Of a stretch of 54,405 nt of DNA, positions 50,298-54,405 are shown piece after piece. The first letter of the stretch is position 1; every line of letters begins with the position of its first letter. The position numbers and the translations under genes were made by a program. The DNA is from Catajapyx aquilonaris (lineage: Eukaryota). The notes below the pieces were generated by a model that did no database searches, was not told the DNA's origin, and saw only the letters and a list, made by a program, of their open reading frames with translations. Where the stretch lies: contig KZ538682.1 in assembly GCA_000934665.2 (NCBI GenBank), positions 1-54,405 on the forward strand, read 5' to 3'.

Positions 50298-53240
50298 GTA
50301 TAACAACCTTCCTTATTGTGCTGCAATGTGCTTTTGCCAGCGAAATTGTATTCAAACACAAATGAGGGAACATATTCTGATTACTCTTTGTGGAGCCTAT
50401 ATCATGGGCATACAATTTATTTCTTTTAGCGATTTTCAGTAGTTATTAACTCCACTAAGCAGCATTTTTCTTGTTCTGTTGCCTGAATTAGCCCATTTAG
50501 TTAGATTCATAATAAGCCAGCAGGCCAGGATTTTCCGTATTCACTTGTATGTAAACAAGAGTGTCAAATCTTAACGCTGGATTATCTCAAAACTGTTTTT
50601 TTGGACGTTGAATTCCCTTGTTAGCCCACAGTAGCTTCTGTACTGTAATCTGAAAATCAAAATTGAGTGAGGAATCTGGCCGCCTTACAACATTCAAATA
50701 ATTGGCACCGCTAACTAAATCATAGCCCAGTGTACAGTACTATCGATTGATCGCTAGTGGGCCACACATGTGCACAAACTTGAGCACGTCATTTTGACCC
50801 ATAAAAGGGACAACAACCCGGAAAATACTGGTTTTATCATCCCTGAAAAAAGTGGGGGAAAAACAGACAAATTATTTCTGAGTCCACTAGCGTCCATCGA
50901 TTGTTGATTACTGGCACTAGAAAATTGCAACCATTATTTTGGCGAATTTGACCAATGAATCAGCCACGAAATCCTAGAAATTTGAGGTACATCCGATTCG
51001 ATTGTCGCAGCATCCCCCAAGTTTTTAATATGTGAAAAGGCTGTGCAAAGAGGACTTAGAGGGTGGCTGATAGGGCACTATAGGATTAGCGAAGGGATAA
51101 AAGGAGCGCATCCCTGTAAGCCGAGCTGCTGAGTTGGCAGAATCTGCCTCCACATCGTGAACAAATCAATACCGACCGGACTCACTCATCCATTAAAAAG
51201 GAATAAAATCTCACGGGAAACTTTCCCACTTCTTGCCAGCCTCTGCTCAGCCAACCAGAAAAAAAGTCAGCCTTTCATACACCATCTTTTTATTTCAAAT
51301 GAATGCCCTAAATATCACCATTATTAGGGTATTTCAACAAAAGGACTGGATTGTTACCTACTCTTTCCACAGGCTGCGAATGACGTATCGAGTGTGGATT
51401 AACAATCCGAAGAGTGTCTGGCTGCGATGGCCTCTGGGGCCAATTTTATCTTTCAGTTCATGTCCAAGTGGTCCGCAAGTATGGAGATGAGAATCACGTC
51501 TTGCCTAATTGAAACTCAATTTTATGGATTTTCCTACATCTAGTGGGGCGACTGGCGCTCTGCCAAAGGCCCTGATCAGCAAAGGGCTAATTTCATTACA
51601 TACTGTAGTTGTTTCAAAAGAAACTGGCTACGTTGGATTCCATAGAAATGTTTCATATCTCATTCCGTGTCAGCTCACTCCAAATCAAGTTTTAATGAAT
51701 CTTAAACTGCACATGATGTTGACAAGTAAGTAACATTCTGTGACCTGGTGGATTAGTTGCGCAGGTAGCTCGACAAGATCAGCAGGCACAAGAATTAGTC
51801 AGTCAATATGTTTTGTAGCATATTCGGTGTTACCATTGCTATAGCATCCTTTACGTGGTGTGTCAAATTCTGATTATTTTTTTTTCTCTCGACCTGGCAG
51901 AAAATGTTTTCGCAAGAGAACCCATAGAAAAAAAATCAATCTTAACTCTGGTAACCTAATAAGTCATAAAATTGCTCCGCCTCTACCCAACATTACAAAA
52001 AAATATGGAGAAGTGAGAACAAATTCTCAAGATGCCCAGTATGGTGCACGGATTAAATTTTATTTAAAACGACATTGAGAAAAAACCGTTACAGTGCAGT
52101 GATGTAATCCAGATATGTGTAGGATAAACATATTTTGAGACATGAATTGTTAAGTTTCAGGTCGTATTCATCCCCGTATAATTTCCGTCTCATGAACTGT
52201 TGATACTGTATTTTTATGACGTGATTTCAGGGGGTATCCATAAACATGAGATTTTAAAAAGACTGCCCGGAGGGTCGAGCAACCAAATCATTCATTTTAT
52301 AAAACTAGAGGTGGTGTGGAATGACCTAGCTTGACACACGATAACATGGCGTCGGGTTGTGTTGCACAGTACTTGGCAGCCTTTTAGCCACAGCCATCAA
52401 CATTTTTCTCTACCTGGTAACTTGAGCAGCGGCCATCGATAATGGTTTTGCCAGATAATTGCTCTCGCTTAGCAGGTTCGTTCAACAAGCTAGAACTGAT
52501 GGTTACGTGTGCACTTGAGTCAAAGATCATATTATATCAATGGACAAATCTGAGTGGATGAAATGGCCCTAGTCCTTAAATAGCGTGATGTAGTTATCAT
52601 AATACGATCCCACTAAGTGCTCCATTTATAAAACATAACCCGAAGTTATGCCTAATGTGCATTTAATGCGCAATTTAGCTCTGGTCCCTACTCTTGTTTT
52701 TGTGGACATATTGATTCGGTGTTGCAAGTTTGCCTTGCTGATTGTTGGAGAATCAGGTTATCACACGGAAATATGTTTATGTAGCAGTTTTTCAAATGTT
52801 TTTTTGATTTTGCCGAGGTAACTGGATGAGAATCTTCCAGCTGACTTGTGTTCGCGAAATCAAAGCTTTCGAGTCACATATAGGCGGGAAAACTACTCAT
52901 GCCCGTAAACATCACAAAATCGGGCTAAAAAAAACGTTTGCCGTAGTTCAAACACACGTGCACACAGACACACACCACAAACCCGCATTCCCAACTCGAT
53001 GAGGAACACATACCGTATACTCGTACACTTATACAACCTCACTATATAGTCGCTTTAATTTCGAAGCGCTGTAGACACGAAACCTAAACCTTGACTGACC
53101 TATACCTGGTAAGAACGAGTTTCAAACTTTCTTTTAGTACATCTTACACCTCGTATTGAGTTTTTCTCCTTAAAACCAATGGTTCTCGCGCTACTTCATG
53201 GAGTGTATTGTTGTCAGAAAAGGGACATGTTCTGAATATA

Positions 53241-53558
53241 CAGGGTGTTTCACCTTTTTTGTCCGAACAGTTATCGGAAAATTGCACGTAGCTGCTACTT
53301 TGTAAGCAGTGGCTTGCAACCGGTGATTTGTCAGCGGAATGAGGAATGGGGGAAAAGAGGGCCACACACAGCCACACATCTCATGGCATGTGTGACCCTC
53401 AATTTTCAGCGGGCAGCACGTATGCCACTTCAACCTACGATTCGCAGGGAATATTCCCGTTCCTCGGAAAAATCACCGCTTGCAAGTCACTACTTACTAA
53501 GTAGCAGCTACGTGCAATTTTCCGATATCTGTTCGGACAAAAAAGTTGAAACACCCTG
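53241..53558. mobile_element. Tc1/mariner-type MITE
   Basis: TA|CAGGGTGTTTCA...TGAAACACCCTG|TA with ~90-bp imperfect TIRs; ends 89 bp from the TM2/TM3 exon donor. Confidence 0.9.
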
Positions 53559-53647
53559 TATAGTACGCTTACTGTACAATTAAAGAAGACGGAACATAGC
53601 ATGACGATATGGATCCCTTTTGAATGAGATATGACGGAATGACTTAC

Positions 53648-53784
53648 CTAATAGAAACGAGGATCATTGCGAAGATAAGGTACTTTCCTAACAGAGGCAC
53701 CACCAGGCTGGTCGGAGGGATGATTTCTACCACCAGGAGGAAAAACACGTGGAGACTGATGAGGATCGAGATGGACAATGTTAC
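53648..53784 (-). CDS. nAChRalpha4: nAChR alpha4-type subunit, exon encoding TM2 and most of TM3 (first exon visible in the window)
   Basis: Translates [45 protein letters not shown]. Acceptor tgccag|GTA, donor AG|gtaagt; 137 bp, ends in phase 2. [11 protein letters not shown] (Ile at 9', His at 12') is the insect alpha4 signature; alpha3 has LSLTVFFLLLA. Confidence 0.95.
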
Positions 53785-54405
53785 CTGGCAATAGATCAAA
53801 TTCGGTATAAATTGTATGTCTTCCGCATCAAAGAGATGACGTAACACTGTTTTATCCTACAGATTAGCTTATAGTTGATTTGAATAATTGCAGTATATGG
53901 AACCTATAACTTATAATAATTGTTATTTGTGAAGTGAGCACACAAGCTATAATGGGAATGGGAAAAAAGTTTTCATATTATTTCTCTACCTGTGAAAAAA
54001 GGCCTAGACTCTCTTTTCAACAGAACACCAAAAACTATAAAATTTGACAGGAAAACCCATCCAACTTGCTAAAAGTACAGGGTGATTCTCTCGAATGGAA
54101 ACCCAAACATTCCTCAATAACCTTTTAACTATGGTATGGTTCCCGATGAAAATTGACTTGTAATTACCTTGTACCATGCCAAACAAGGTCCGACTAAAGA
54201 ATATACCAAAAGTGGTCCCCGCCAGCATCCAAGAATTTTTAAATGCGAGTCTGCATATAACCGAAAATTCCTGCTGATCTGGCGGCGGGCATTGCCTCCA
54301 TCTCCCGCCAGCCAAGCGCCGTAGGGGGGTTCACAACTAGCTGACGGTAGCATACGAAACGAACGAAACGAAATAGTGGACCAATCAGAGCCCAAAAGTG
54401 ACTGT

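Noticed and set aside
42924..53647. Duplicate, mutually exclusive alpha3-like TM2 exon
   Set aside because: No second [12 protein letters not shown] exon seen in this intron or in the ORF track.

Overview
Eukaryotic (arthropod, most likely insect) genomic DNA with long, transposon-rich introns. The only host gene I can support is the 3' half of a nicotinic acetylcholine receptor alpha4-type subunit on the minus strand. Five exons (53648-53784, 42777-42923, 42084-42266, 30544-30778, 15718-15909) join in frame through canonical GT-AG sites and run from TM2 to the stop codon; the upstream exons lie beyond the right edge. The introns and flank hold a non-autonomous ~2.7 kb LTR element whose primer-binding site sits inside one of two abutting perfect palindromes, a decayed Academ (XPG-domain) transposase gene interrupted by several nested insertions, Helitron-like elements (one a head-to-tail dimer), several tRNA-headed SINEs with target-site duplications (TSDs), a near-perfect tRNA-like cloverleaf, and many MITEs (Tc1/mariner-, hAT-, Sola-, Kolobok-like and unclassified foldbacks). 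Most ORFs in the supplied track are spurious. Family assignments come from recalled motifs and terminal structures, not from database searches.
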